The position numbers and the translations under genes are program-made. 64,000 bases of DNA from a virus: the IMG/VR virus record IMGVR_UViG_3300030102_001905, positions 1-64,000 of that record; one strand, written 5' to 3'. Below the pieces are notes generated by a model. It searched no databases and was not told the origin of the DNA. It saw only the letters and a program-made list of their open reading frames with translations. Of this stretch, positions 22,201 to 29,449 are shown piece after piece. How positions within the stretch are numbered: position 1 is the stretch's first letter; every line of letters begins with the position of its first letter.

Positions 22201-23676
22201 TTCTTAACTGCAAGTGCATCTTTTAATACTATATTATCAAGTGTTCTAGACAATATGGATACTAGAGGTATTAGCTTTAATGAAGAGGTAATAGAAAGTA
22301 TTTCTACAGATCTATTGTCTTACTTAACAATAAAAGCATACCAACAAAATCAATTAGAGAATGATCAACAAAGAGTTGCTACACTAAGTAATGATATATT
22401 ATATCCAACAGATTATGAATCTATAAATGATATAATAAATAGATTAAAGGGTACAGAAGAAGGTGCAAACAACTTCTTCCTAGACAACTTTATAATTAGC
22501 CTGCGTGCTAATGAAGTTGATAACCAAACAGGTCTTAATCTTGCAAATGCAAATACTTTTAGAAATCTATCAGCTGCACAAAAAGTTGACTTACAAAGTG
22601 ACTTTGCAAAACTGTTTGGCTCAGTAAAAACTAAGAATGATGCAATGTCAATTGTAAACTATATAATGGTTAAAGATGGATTGCAAGTTAAATATGCATC
22701 ACTTTTAGAAGCTATCAGTCCTTTTGTTATAGGTAATTACCTTGATCAAATTAACAGTGTAGAGAAGGCCCTAAGAGGTGAAGCAAGTTTTGAGTCTGTA
22801 TTTGGTATTAGCCAAGAAGAATTACAACAAGAGTTTGAGAATGGATATCTTTTGTCTAATGTTTCTGGTGCAAAGTTATACACGTTTGTACGTAATGAAG
22901 TTACTGGTAGTTTACCTCAAGGTGTATCAGTAAAAGATGATGTTGTAACTGTAGCTTGGGAAAAAATGGGAATAGAAAACCCACCAAAATATTTAAGAGT
23001 AGGTGTTACAAATATTTTATCAGGTGTTACAAATTATAAAACCTATGGTAGAATAGAAGAATCAAATAAGTATGAGGTTGTAGAGACTATGGGATCAAAT
23101 CAACAGACTGCTATTGGATTTATGTTTGGTGATAGACCTACTTATAAAAGTGTAAGAGACTATGTAAAAAAGAAGAACCAAGATACTTCTGTAACAGACA
23201 TAACAGATAGCGTTGCTATTGATGAAACCAAAGGTATTCAAGAGCAGGTTCTTAAAAATGATAACAGTAATATTGAAGCAACAGAAAGTTCAGTAGAAGT
23301 ACAATTAGATCCTGAAGCAGAAGCTGTAAACTTAGCTAATACAGCAGCATTGCTTGAACAACTTGGCATGGACACTGAAGCACAAGATAGAGGTGAGGCA
23401 GAGGCCAATGTTATTGATGATGTTGATCAGTCATTACCAGAAGTCAGTCAAGTTGAAGAACAACTTATGCTTGATTTTGAAACTGAAATAGATGAGCAAT
23501 ATCCAGAGATAGCAAATTTCTGGGATGCAAACATCCAAGGAAATAAAGACGCAATGAGATTGCTAAGAGCTCAAAAAATATTATCTTTAGAAGACTTTAT
23601 AGGGAAATATGAAGAAGGCGTTTATGATGATACAGAACAATATTTAGACTTTATTAAGTCTTGTATATTAAAATAA
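10201..23676 (+). CDS. Giant polyvalent virion protein (4491 aa) with a C-terminal crAss-like two-barrel RNA polymerase signature, an HExxH motif and an N-terminal hydrophobic region
   Basis: A 13,476-nt ORF with no stop. GVRIPSQDNHS...ISGADFDIDKVF (DFDID = nt 20884-20898, residues 3562-3566) parallels NRAPTLH...NADFDGDQM of RNAP beta'. HEAFH lies at nt 16495-16509 (residue 2099). Gly/Ala-rich hydrophobic stretches lie at nt ~10861-11970. Confidence 0.7.
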   Translation: MEDNNNTSLDTTIKSSERQASVIPQEQFNFVPIESMFETPETDLAAAIATNPDEISLIDQHKVDIDRYGIDAMANLGVARPTLATDTFDPVLQQNPPQNTYSNVRNILQARSDGPAADEVAPTFSGIRANNFLRYFEHPEFEELGYRPYSNIEEYYNANSTVWDDMARMSGQFSSLVGSGFTSVYRSIGDIFDDDAYFTAPDLNTATEFEDAMAIGNSSRGGALAWTNNLLLNSGYTFGIIGSIAVEELALAGATVLTGGGAAPAAATRTGYNVLRLGKLGLQVPKFFSKSREFLNTLRNVEAAKDFWSAASTGGKVLGQMFTPNTIYAIKNLKTAKNVSQNAVNLAKMRAGFGGFYRDLRAVNLAIAESKLEGGMVYNEIVREGVDIMQNKSGGTVTPDEMATIQSEAAKGAYYTSLANAPIIYASNWFVLGNALGGFNRSLGRVFNDSFRKGFAGRIIKTKATRDAAGKLNKNVFSDAGAGFKGWLKKVRAGGIKGNAGMAAAATLRYFAANVAEGIQEVSQEAVSSATRGYFTTVLEDPMAGGIELRNDMILSGMGDQLSGEGFSVFMSGFLMGGIVQGPQKLFFQGVPAIYDYGLNPLGINVGTQKQKDAFAEYKKNKEELIKSLVETHNNAWNTQVDDPTAMFDPNKLNFMVQKQVADAMKSNVFDQDKFGFIDQKDFAKFQQMYTIFQMGTSNIFRGQLQDYLTMTDEELAEAFPSSKTDIKQGKIRGRIQDMINNIDKVENQYNEAKNRFQNPFDRTQYKKGTREYIQEALKESAYEHARYLYMFTQDGFTRALERSNSIFQNLANDPLFENMAASDMTVLLDLDAIDNELRLLATEIIINEGDNATTRKDKKKKEEKLKRLTAIKAILTDPKNLTKSGAFDRRKISSLRKEFYNYVRYMASSAGSFVDNTKIDEALKEVVDYHALKDRAKVYDKAIEYLQNPERFNEIVDRQLEINKEIYKNLQKRHKQNIEKYIEIVEANQLVNELAELGVYGDPTEVKNFLMSGNANYLKSFYTEQGLVDKRVDKAKYEQIQRKLDTYRKATEVDTTEATETSEKQAQVDAQETKNTQDQILEENEVDVILPETNNTPMLNELLERRYKRYASTQAVIGEKVLPFEEWRNTEEGLTLQNTFNAIKKVWAQGYYTTDAKGNAVFVEVSEADLKSEKGFKEYLNSREARESDLIASVLKSAGLEISDIVEQEETLPEEGDIVKGDKNKTIYKKGIIANVVKITTIDPVSGDAVALFKLVDSQGNNLPSALLDLVSSQYGTFDNASSAVAALKKIEKTAPDSADFLFDDVVLNQGMLVYDKNGKEFVVLSTPKQIQGGYLRLVASEDNIANVKEREKKVIKLQEGQFANNYSVQELKFEVLPKNVSRLNISEPITPYPHMNFTTGESREGALSRYNAIISELTPAEIAALELVVTLDPQGGTESGFYTIPGNPSNPYIKIKRSKYVIGLRINNPDTQARVNLVLERNGIPQVDSDQNIFAYLPNQNVEMVDPQGNIIDPRNMSRDQANNTIFVSNTLSQQMSKPDILKLAQNNFALNALLVSTLDSLGITSETTAVLSANDLPFSMSIIIEGGVMDYDNSSTRSLRDLNYQSADNQGNFLVYDLKMGKDGKRTEQSITNLEGSEARALRDQVEAGLKAQGLWNQMIEGTDRYVAAVLLPNGTYGLVNLKAEQFSAEDLTGLATDLVERAQLTQKENLDDKGKEKDLAYNSEYNAQLGESLFISTIPGYTVQLQVNPFGKIQMQLFDKTSQQQVGKTVELSKDKINDTSLSVSDKMQTLIDSFNEEADIKASGVSVSGKNFRNSFPDGTTVEEIISKTSTNVTPQVIKQQKLRLTADSAAIQASRDVDANTDRKVEPIARPEPTVTIAEEAEESILDLSEEEFNDYAADDFVNMPSEFMEHIVNKKLRGEELNDREKQVERIKLSEITLAVAKRGGEGSVTIETETETVEKKDSLSQVIRQLDELKAQLLEGVDGRSRNKVLRENKEYQDLLKIRKALEKEANKVLPAELSNEDIEDINAFTVWASDNLPDYIDIQDIATLGDNLKAGGVRVGAFVLGLNNIAGNVKVSGTIYTGARSPFKYHEAFHGVFRMLLSDQDIARYRSIARKEVRAKLRAEGKSFEKELQRFRNSADTYTNMSRKELENEYYEEYMADEFEKFKTNPKSTKTDASVKSLFTRILDWIRSVFSSYNKNELQTLFEKIDSGKFKGASIASNEFTAPLVEGISVEANALIPYASERSGDKVGYIYLDSDIADPMIRSIAAMFLNRTAAIEGAYNPQAVLNELMDDFAWLYSPDNPTNQNKDELQKKRLSEIELAFDNYSQEILEETVKLLNIISDQDVDQEFTVDEFQDDTGLRTTSQYDKDASLIGGFRSLSSKLRAYIATTTVASTDYFGNEELVDGEKLIVAVNFVDAYNGLLKSVKSIEDPLKILQSMYFFGQDNPQAGAVVNRILQDVGISEEELLSGASLPVELKNAPLLQSILKGFENFRVDYIFNERDSQGNIRIYSASERDDINSQLDRWSQAFISKRKQLVSNPKRKRSTKTLLEDISSDLQVSEKAITNVRMENDSKKYSELLFDLVGIKLSPMYLQFSMVANRPSNKLTVKQKALVNLYAQETPLSVDDVNQLNLLLQQDENIFATDDSGMSSRLKVMSINNAPFDETIGASVFKNPNGDLVYAHQLPTYHLKKVASLNNQVELEKIKDSDPYMDNNYLLNNSAFNKMSEENRLKVTRVAGSKVGQSLQSESDINDNISGVTSTSTYGDFTPQEFALSVINNYTALFNTKSNKVQTVESLDEEGKAIVTALAPVLIRVMEASNTGDMINLPVIKAVDFVNGEAVLTEEAVDVYVNQIRTEFSRINRESNEATLTGEEILGYNSIDGRAYKLHNTRLLLSNETKTKLEGIAVSQGKDGNPITLDESLKFAGITMTQLRKEVVDNLEIQFNEFQELITELKIKDQISKNITDGLVVAQGVSRKNTIASAKALNLNFDETHNLKQIFFNDWINSNAINEILLGDQAVSLKDSVDQVKRAKMQNASYYSAYSAVTAPELGVTHPVEDISLVTLEEPKSGNIDVADAQMYITTKAFRYMFFGFGKLSPAQAKLITDVENGIPISSDRIFGTVETPEGLAKMQAMLNSKKLVYGDGSTFLKMSAFVLTPDYTSNWDGSKWVPKPNRVALHNLRVKLEAIEDTKDTISIAAPLSAIKMKKQRINSLDDLKTDSPFSNGHTTLDARFMGLQVLNPSNKLEIVDPTQIKEIATSEQKDDVFVDGLNMTVGEIRQAYNDAVSRRVVLKYKNKRNLIFSLDTALDEFRVSKEEGAITPNLSAFLNYAVAGLKASQASSNLLEFFSTTDGVQNYNLNNPITIKKFEQLFFSYFSRGVLSERTPGVSLTLVSDFGNSVYRRVFEIDENGVPVRSEVIRQDVWERMGNKPELSNIEDLTNNNIPKEGVVVLDRLRSGLIEYDAQGKPTGQRYTEMMMPAHQKEVMDLIQNTDAPIPDVVAKMFGVRIPSQDNHSTVNMKMVDFLPVYFGSSAMFAEELIEISGADFDIDKVFAQIKEFYVKDDQFIEYGKGKNVSEKYSEYVQYVNNKVEQKGTQYSEALGIYNNREGAARIQNSVDDVEQDIATDAGLSENALNALKILGLPITQKQYGEYVAKHGEPYEAPMNNDVLDYRYALMGNRGVTEGSNPISYQPATTDVLTDTLDFLASQSEVFAERVQEDNVDVDNLSGKIKAFRANKGASIGAIVLPNLYLSLLTEYNIKLNESISINSKSYNNFGRTLDDNGQRKQDTLSALITMATDNAKDRLVAKLGLNRHAMGVVANLTALGVPIQTSILLINHPVIQDLYSEALNKKDKLDPGMDTLVRNKLAEIKKEVKAEPVNDRFLLDVIDNPQDESAGELKGVLSLFSQVLRIKNYTGKMGAVTSLSKGLGKNVASIREKSTDIKSLFAQDAPMDLSPIYKGKTWQNQYLKIFYQITDDLLPATFLTASASFNTILSSVLDNMDTRGISFNEEVIESISTDLLSYLTIKAYQQNQLENDQQRVATLSNDILYPTDYESINDIINRLKGTEEGANNFFLDNFIISLRANEVDNQTGLNLANANTFRNLSAAQKVDLQSDFAKLFGSVKTKNDAMSIVNYIMVKDGLQVKYASLLEAISPFVIGNYLDQINSVEKALRGEASFESVFGISQEELQQEFENGYLLSNVSGAKLYTFVRNEVTGSLPQGVSVKDDVVTVAWEKMGIENPPKYLRVGVTNILSGVTNYKTYGRIEESNKYEVVETMGSNQQTAIGFMFGDRPTYKSVRDYVKKKNQDTSVTDITDSVAIDETKGIQEQVLKNDNSNIEATESSVEVQLDPEAEAVNLANTAALLEQLGMDTEAQDRGEAEANVIDDVDQSLPEVSQVEEQLMLDFETEIDEQYPEIANFWDANIQGNKDAMRLLRAQKILSLEDFIGKYEEGVYDDTEQYLDFIKSCILK

Positions 23677-23682
23677 TAAGTT

Positions 23683-26600
23683 ATGGCTACGTGTTTAAAT
23701 GTAAATTTACCGGAATACAAAGCACTAAAAGATGTGTATAAAACAGATGTTGATACTGCTAATGTTGTAAATAACTGGCAGAAACTCAACAATGTAGATA
23801 CATTTCCTACAGTTTTAGAAGCACAAGACTTTGTTAGTAATCAAAAACTTGCCTTTTCATTAAGACAAAGACAGTTTAGTGATGCATTGCTGAACAACTT
23901 GCGTAGAGAAAGAATTGGACATAGTTATCAGGGTAGCTTTTATGTTAATAACTCAAACCCAACTACAAGAGAATATGATGAGATGTACTTAGCATCTAAT
24001 CTAAAAAGACTTAAGAGATATCTGCAGATAAATAATATACCAGAAAATAGAGTTACACTAGAAAGAACAGCAAAAACATATAGAGTTACTGTAAATGAAG
24101 ATATGTTTTCAGCTAAAGATATGATAGAGTCTTCTAGATCATGGGATACTCCAAGAGCTAGAGCTGTTGTAATGCATCTTAAGAGAATGTTCCCACAGAT
24201 AAATGTACAAATGTTATCTGTAAGTCAGGCAAGACAAATGTATGAAGGCTTTCCAGAGTGGAAGAAAAACAATGTGCCATTTGATCAGATGAGATCTTTT
24301 TATGTAGATGGCGTAGCATATTTAATAAAAGGAAGAGTAACTGATGAAGTAGCAATAGAAGAAATGTTACACCCTTTTGTAGATGCAATTAAAATAGATA
24401 ATGAAGGATTATTTAATAGCTTACTAGCAGAAGCAAGAAGCAACTTTCCAGAGATGGTTCAAGAAATTGAAGATTCTTACAATGAGGAGAGAAGTTTTAA
24501 TGATGTAGAAAGAGATTTAGAAATTGTAACACAGGCTTTATCTAGACACTTTAATAAGGAGTATGAGAATCAGCCAACCAAAAGATTCTTAGATAGAGTT
24601 AAGGAGGTACTTGAGTGGTTTAGAAATATAATAAACAACTTAAATGAATACCTTACTGGTAGAGCTATACCTGTATCAGAGATAAATGCTAATACAAGTA
24701 TGAGTGATATTGCCAAACTTCTTAATACAGAAGGAATACAATTTAAACTTGAGAGTAGAGTAAATGGTAAAGTAAGATATAGCTTAAGCCCTGAAAAGAA
24801 AAAGGTTGTTGATGCAGCTCTTGCTGAGGCAAACGGATTACAGGCAGAGATTATAGACAGACTATTTTTCCAAGCAAGAGCAAGTGAGCAAGAGATTGAT
24901 TCTTTGTCAGCTAACTTAAATGATACGTCATCAGGTACAATTGTTACTCTTAATGAAGAGAATCATACATATGTAGATATTACTAATGGTGAAATATATA
25001 CATCAGTAACAACTGCCATCAAAGGTGAGCTTAAGAACCAAGAAGATGTTCAGCTTAATTTAGATATAGGTAATGATGTAGATGCATTGCTAGATGCTAT
25101 AGTAACACATAGAAAACTAGAAGATGTTATTCCTGAGATGAAAATTCTTAGTGAAGAAACAGCTAAAGAAACTTATAACAATCTTTCTACAACTCTTGCT
25201 AACATAATGCCAGAGGGATCTGTTGCTCTGTCACAGGTTGTAGTATTTGATGAAGCTACAAAACTTGCAGGTACAGCAGACTTAGTAATTATAGATAAGA
25301 ATGGTAAGATAAAAATAGTAGATCTTAAGACCACAAAGAATTCATTAAAAACATTGTCTTATACAGATACTATATCTGGCAGAAGACAAAGAAAGTTATA
25401 TGATAAAGAATGGGACCTTTCAGAGGATAGCTTACTAAAACAAGCTGGTGTTGATACACTATCTACAAGAGGTCAACACAATTTACAAGTCAACTTATAC
25501 AGGAGAATGTTTGAGAACATGGGTTATACTGTATATGATGGAGACTATGCTGCATCTACAATACACTTTGTAGCCGGCATTACTGGTAAGGGTAAAAATC
25601 AAAAGTTTGATGGTAATATAAAAGCAGATCAATGGGTAGATCATCCAGCTTCTCAGAACGCTCTTTATGTTGACAAGCTTGTACCAAGAATTACAGATAA
25701 TGTTGAGTCAGAAAAATTAGAGAGTGCTATTGAAAATGCAGAAGATGCAATTTACAAAGGAGAAAAAGAATTCCAAGAAGATGAGTTTGTTGCAGACTCT
25801 ATTGATCCAAATGAATATCCTGAATACAATACAATCTTAGGTGCTTTAGAGAACTATAGAATTGGTTTATTAGATAGAAAGAAAGCTCTTGAGCAAATTA
25901 AGAGTAGTATTTTTATGGATAGAACAAAGGAACAAACTCAAGAAAATATTGCAAGCACATTAGCATATATAGGTATTGCAATAAGTGAGGGTCCTATCTC
26001 TAGGTCTCAAGCTTATTCTTCATTATTAAGAGATGCTTTAAAACAAGTTAAGTCTTTTTCTGACTATATACAAGATCCTAAAAACTTTGGTAAGTCAGAG
26101 TATATTACCTATGCTCTTAACTTTGATAGATTTATCAAAACCTTTGAGGGGCTCTATGCTATTGCAGATTCAAAAGAATTAAATGCTACACAAAGATCCT
26201 TAGTGCTTTCTTTACAACTAGAACTAAATAAACTAAGTGGAGGTAGTACAAATCAGCCTGGATTGATAGATACAGCAATTGATAACTATGTAAAAGAGAT
26301 TATAAAAACTAGATCTGGTAGAGACTTTGGAGGAGAAGGAAGTGTATTTACTATGGAAGATCTAGATGAGCTTATGAAGATTGCTCCTGATATCAATGGT
26401 ACAGAGTATATGACAAGAGACATGGCAACATCTCCTGATGTCATACTTGCACTAATGGATAAGATTTATAAAGCAAAGAAACAAGAATTACTTGACAGGA
26501 TTGGTGACAGAGAAGCACTAATTAGAGCAGCTGGAGCAAAGCTTTTAAAACTATCATCAGAGAGTGATGTTGAAAAGCTTTATGATTTTATGCTTGAGAG

Positions 26601-29367
26601 AGATTCAGAAGGAAACTTTACTGGGTTTTATACACAAAAAATAGGACAGCAGTATTATAACCTACAACAGGAACTAAGAAATGAGTTGTATGATAATGAT
26701 GGACATCCTTATGAGTATAGAGATATAAAGAATCTTGATGAGGCAAGTGAAGAAGATATAAAGTATAATAAAGCATTAGCTGAAAAGAAAAGCAGGTTAT
26801 CAGAATTTTTTAGAGCAGAGACTAAAGATGAGAATGGTGATCTTGCTGACGGAGAATATCATAGATATACAGATGAATTCAAGGCTGAAAGAGATAAGTT
26901 TGAGTTCTGGGTTCCTGGTAGTGAGGCTAGTCCAAATGGTACTTGGTATAGAAAACCTAGAATATCAGATAGAGACTATGCAATCTATGAAGCAAAGTAC
27001 TATGACTTTATTGGATACACAAAAGCAGTTAGAGTAAATGGTCAACCTACCGGTGCTATAGTAAAAGATCAAACATTTAGATCTCCAAAGCCGGAATATA
27101 GAGAGGCAAGAGAAATAACTAGCAAAGGTGAAGATATGCGTAATGCAAAGTATGTAGAGATCATGAGTCCTACAGATGCATTAGGTCAAGCTAAAAAAGA
27201 ATTCTATGAGTTATTTATAGACTTATATGAGAATGATTTACTTAATAAATTACCAGTGGGTGTAAGAACGCAGATGCTTGGACGTGTGCCTTTAGTTAAA
27301 AATAATGTTATTGATGATCTTAAAGGCAAACCAAATCTAGTTACTAAACTATATGCTAAGACTATTGGTAGTAATGCATGGAATATGTTTAAGCAAACAT
27401 CTCAACAAAAGGGTGTTGTAACTGATGAGAATGGTAATATGATTAGTACTCTTCCTATCTTCTATACAGGTAGACCAAAGGTTGACGGTGAAATGGAAGT
27501 TGTAGAAAAAGAGATTAGTAATCTACAAGCAGAGTATAAAAAGGGCAGGATAGTTAAAGACAAGTATGATAAAGAACTAGCAATACTTAATGGTAAGTTA
27601 TCAAGACTTAGAGCTACACCATCCCTAGGTCAAATTAGTACTGATATGACTACAAGTCTTTTGAAGTTTAGTGCTATGGCACAGAACTATGAGACTATGG
27701 GTACCATTGAAGATACTCTTAATGCTATGATTAAAGTATTAGAGAATAGAGAGTATACTCCTGCTGATACTTCTATAGAGACAGGTAAATGGTTAGATGG
27801 TCAATTCAAAAAAATTGGTAAGAAAAAAGGAGAGGGTGTTGAAGCAAATGTTGTAAGAAGAGCTAAGAAGTTTATGTCTATGGTTTATTATGACAATGAA
27901 CTTGTATCTAAAGGCTTCTTTGATAAACTTGCTGATGGTTTAATTCAGCTATCTTCTTTGTCATATGTTGCATTTAACCCTTTTGGTAACTTTAATAACT
28001 ACGTTATTGGTAGAATAAACAATAACATAGAGCTTCTTGGTGGTAGATTCTTTGGTAAGGCTGCTTTTATGAGAGCAAGTCTAGAGTTTAATAAAAGAGC
28101 AATACCGGATCTAATAAAGAGAACAAGTTATAATACTACAGATCTTGCTGACATAGCAACATTAGGTGTTATACCAGGTTTAAATAAATCAGATTATGAT
28201 CCAAAGAAACCAAATAGTAAGTACGAGGCATTTGTAGATCTATTTAGAATGATGGATAAGATGTCTGATATACGTGAGCAGTCTGCTGCAACTACAGGAG
28301 AAAGAAGTTGGTTTGCACGAGCTGCTGAATGGGGATATGTTCTTCAGGATTCTGCAGAATATAATGTACAGACTAAGGTGGGTATGGCCCTTCTTATGGA
28401 TACTACAATAAAAAATAGCACAACTGGTGAGACCTTATCTTTATATGATGCATTTGACTATGATGCTAAGACGCATAAGAATGTTCTTAAAGAAGGATAT
28501 GATACTATTGTTAAGAAGAATGGTACTGAAGTAGAGTATACAGATCAGTTTAGATATGAATTAAGAAATCAAATCAGAGAGGTTAACAAACAAATACATG
28601 GTAACTATGCAAGAGAAGATAGAATGGTTATGCAAAGCACAACTATTGGTAATCTTGCGGCTCAGTTCCATAAGTGGGTTGCTCCAGCTATTAGAGCAAG
28701 ATACCAAAGAGAATACTTTGATGAGAACTTAGGATGGATGGAAGGTAGATATATATCATTCCTTAAGTTTTTATCTTATATGAAGAATGAAATATCTAAA
28801 GGTAACCTACAGATGAGTAGTTATGGTAAAGGTTTCTTAAAAGAGTATGGCTTTACTGGTGAAGGAGGAAACAGAGATCAGAGAGCAAAGAATAAATTGT
28901 TTGGTTTCTACAGAACTATGGGTGAGATTGGTATTATGTCATCCGTATTCTTACTGAGTCAGATATTAAACTCAATATTAGCAGGAGAAGATGATGATGA
29001 TGAGGTAACTAAGAGATTTAAAAATATGGCCAAGTATCAAGCGGATAGAACATATAAAGAACTTATTATGTTTACACCACTTCCTCCGGGGTTACAGCAA
29101 CAATTCCAGATGTTAAAATCACCTATAGCTTCTACTAGAACATTGGGTGAAATAGGTGAGGCATTATCATTAACTGTAATGACACCTCTTGCATACATGG
29201 TACAAAGTGAAAAAGATTTCTACGCTAACTCTGAGTATGTGTACCAGAACAAGCCTAGAAAGGGAGAGCTCAAGGTTTATAAGAACTGGAAAGATGCTGT
29301 TCCTATTTTATATACTATTCAGAAATGGGATGCTTACTTAAACATGGAAGATTTCTTTATTAAGTAA
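23683..29367 (+). CDS. Giant virion-type protein (1894 aa) containing a RecB-like PD-(D/E)XK nuclease motif set
   Basis: GTADLVIIDKNGKIKIVDLKTTK (nt ~25270-25335: D...D-x-K) is followed by QVNLY (QxxxY, nt 25486-25500). A hydrophobic segment IGIMSSVFLLSQILNSILAG lies near the C-terminus. Confidence 0.6.
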   Translation: MATCLNVNLPEYKALKDVYKTDVDTANVVNNWQKLNNVDTFPTVLEAQDFVSNQKLAFSLRQRQFSDALLNNLRRERIGHSYQGSFYVNNSNPTTREYDEMYLASNLKRLKRYLQINNIPENRVTLERTAKTYRVTVNEDMFSAKDMIESSRSWDTPRARAVVMHLKRMFPQINVQMLSVSQARQMYEGFPEWKKNNVPFDQMRSFYVDGVAYLIKGRVTDEVAIEEMLHPFVDAIKIDNEGLFNSLLAEARSNFPEMVQEIEDSYNEERSFNDVERDLEIVTQALSRHFNKEYENQPTKRFLDRVKEVLEWFRNIINNLNEYLTGRAIPVSEINANTSMSDIAKLLNTEGIQFKLESRVNGKVRYSLSPEKKKVVDAALAEANGLQAEIIDRLFFQARASEQEIDSLSANLNDTSSGTIVTLNEENHTYVDITNGEIYTSVTTAIKGELKNQEDVQLNLDIGNDVDALLDAIVTHRKLEDVIPEMKILSEETAKETYNNLSTTLANIMPEGSVALSQVVVFDEATKLAGTADLVIIDKNGKIKIVDLKTTKNSLKTLSYTDTISGRRQRKLYDKEWDLSEDSLLKQAGVDTLSTRGQHNLQVNLYRRMFENMGYTVYDGDYAASTIHFVAGITGKGKNQKFDGNIKADQWVDHPASQNALYVDKLVPRITDNVESEKLESAIENAEDAIYKGEKEFQEDEFVADSIDPNEYPEYNTILGALENYRIGLLDRKKALEQIKSSIFMDRTKEQTQENIASTLAYIGIAISEGPISRSQAYSSLLRDALKQVKSFSDYIQDPKNFGKSEYITYALNFDRFIKTFEGLYAIADSKELNATQRSLVLSLQLELNKLSGGSTNQPGLIDTAIDNYVKEIIKTRSGRDFGGEGSVFTMEDLDELMKIAPDINGTEYMTRDMATSPDVILALMDKIYKAKKQELLDRIGDREALIRAAGAKLLKLSSESDVEKLYDFMLERDSEGNFTGFYTQKIGQQYYNLQQELRNELYDNDGHPYEYRDIKNLDEASEEDIKYNKALAEKKSRLSEFFRAETKDENGDLADGEYHRYTDEFKAERDKFEFWVPGSEASPNGTWYRKPRISDRDYAIYEAKYYDFIGYTKAVRVNGQPTGAIVKDQTFRSPKPEYREAREITSKGEDMRNAKYVEIMSPTDALGQAKKEFYELFIDLYENDLLNKLPVGVRTQMLGRVPLVKNNVIDDLKGKPNLVTKLYAKTIGSNAWNMFKQTSQQKGVVTDENGNMISTLPIFYTGRPKVDGEMEVVEKEISNLQAEYKKGRIVKDKYDKELAILNGKLSRLRATPSLGQISTDMTTSLLKFSAMAQNYETMGTIEDTLNAMIKVLENREYTPADTSIETGKWLDGQFKKIGKKKGEGVEANVVRRAKKFMSMVYYDNELVSKGFFDKLADGLIQLSSLSYVAFNPFGNFNNYVIGRINNNIELLGGRFFGKAAFMRASLEFNKRAIPDLIKRTSYNTTDLADIATLGVIPGLNKSDYDPKKPNSKYEAFVDLFRMMDKMSDIREQSAATTGERSWFARAAEWGYVLQDSAEYNVQTKVGMALLMDTTIKNSTTGETLSLYDAFDYDAKTHKNVLKEGYDTIVKKNGTEVEYTDQFRYELRNQIREVNKQIHGNYAREDRMVMQSTTIGNLAAQFHKWVAPAIRARYQREYFDENLGWMEGRYISFLKFLSYMKNEISKGNLQMSSYGKGFLKEYGFTGEGGNRDQRAKNKLFGFYRTMGEIGIMSSVFLLSQILNSILAGEDDDDEVTKRFKNMAKYQADRTYKELIMFTPLPPGLQQQFQMLKSPIASTRTLGEIGEALSLTVMTPLAYMVQSEKDFYANSEYVYQNKPRKGELKVYKNWKDAVPILYTIQKWDAYLNMEDFFIK

Positions 29368-29407
29368 GTTTAAACAAGACAAATTTTCATTAAAAAGATT
29401 TGTACAC

Positions 29408-29449
29408 ACCAACAAGAATGGTTATATTATTATATAGACCAACAAGAAT
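29408..29449 (+). repeat. Exact 12-nt direct repeat ACCAACAAGAAT x2 (30-nt period) bracketing a TATATTATTATATAG motif
   Basis: ACCAACAAGAAT occurs at 29408-29419 and 29438-29449. The AT motif copy lies at 29423-29437. All sit in the 107-nt intergenic region upstream of the envelope-protein operon. Confidence 0.6.

Noticed and set aside
16676-27037. Same-strand alternative-frame ORFs 16676-16885 and 26828-27037 inside the giant genes, considered as possible overlapping genes or frameshift products.
   Set aside because: I found no slippery heptamer or downstream structure at their starts. The translations look like frame-shifted noise, and the main frames continue uninterrupted.
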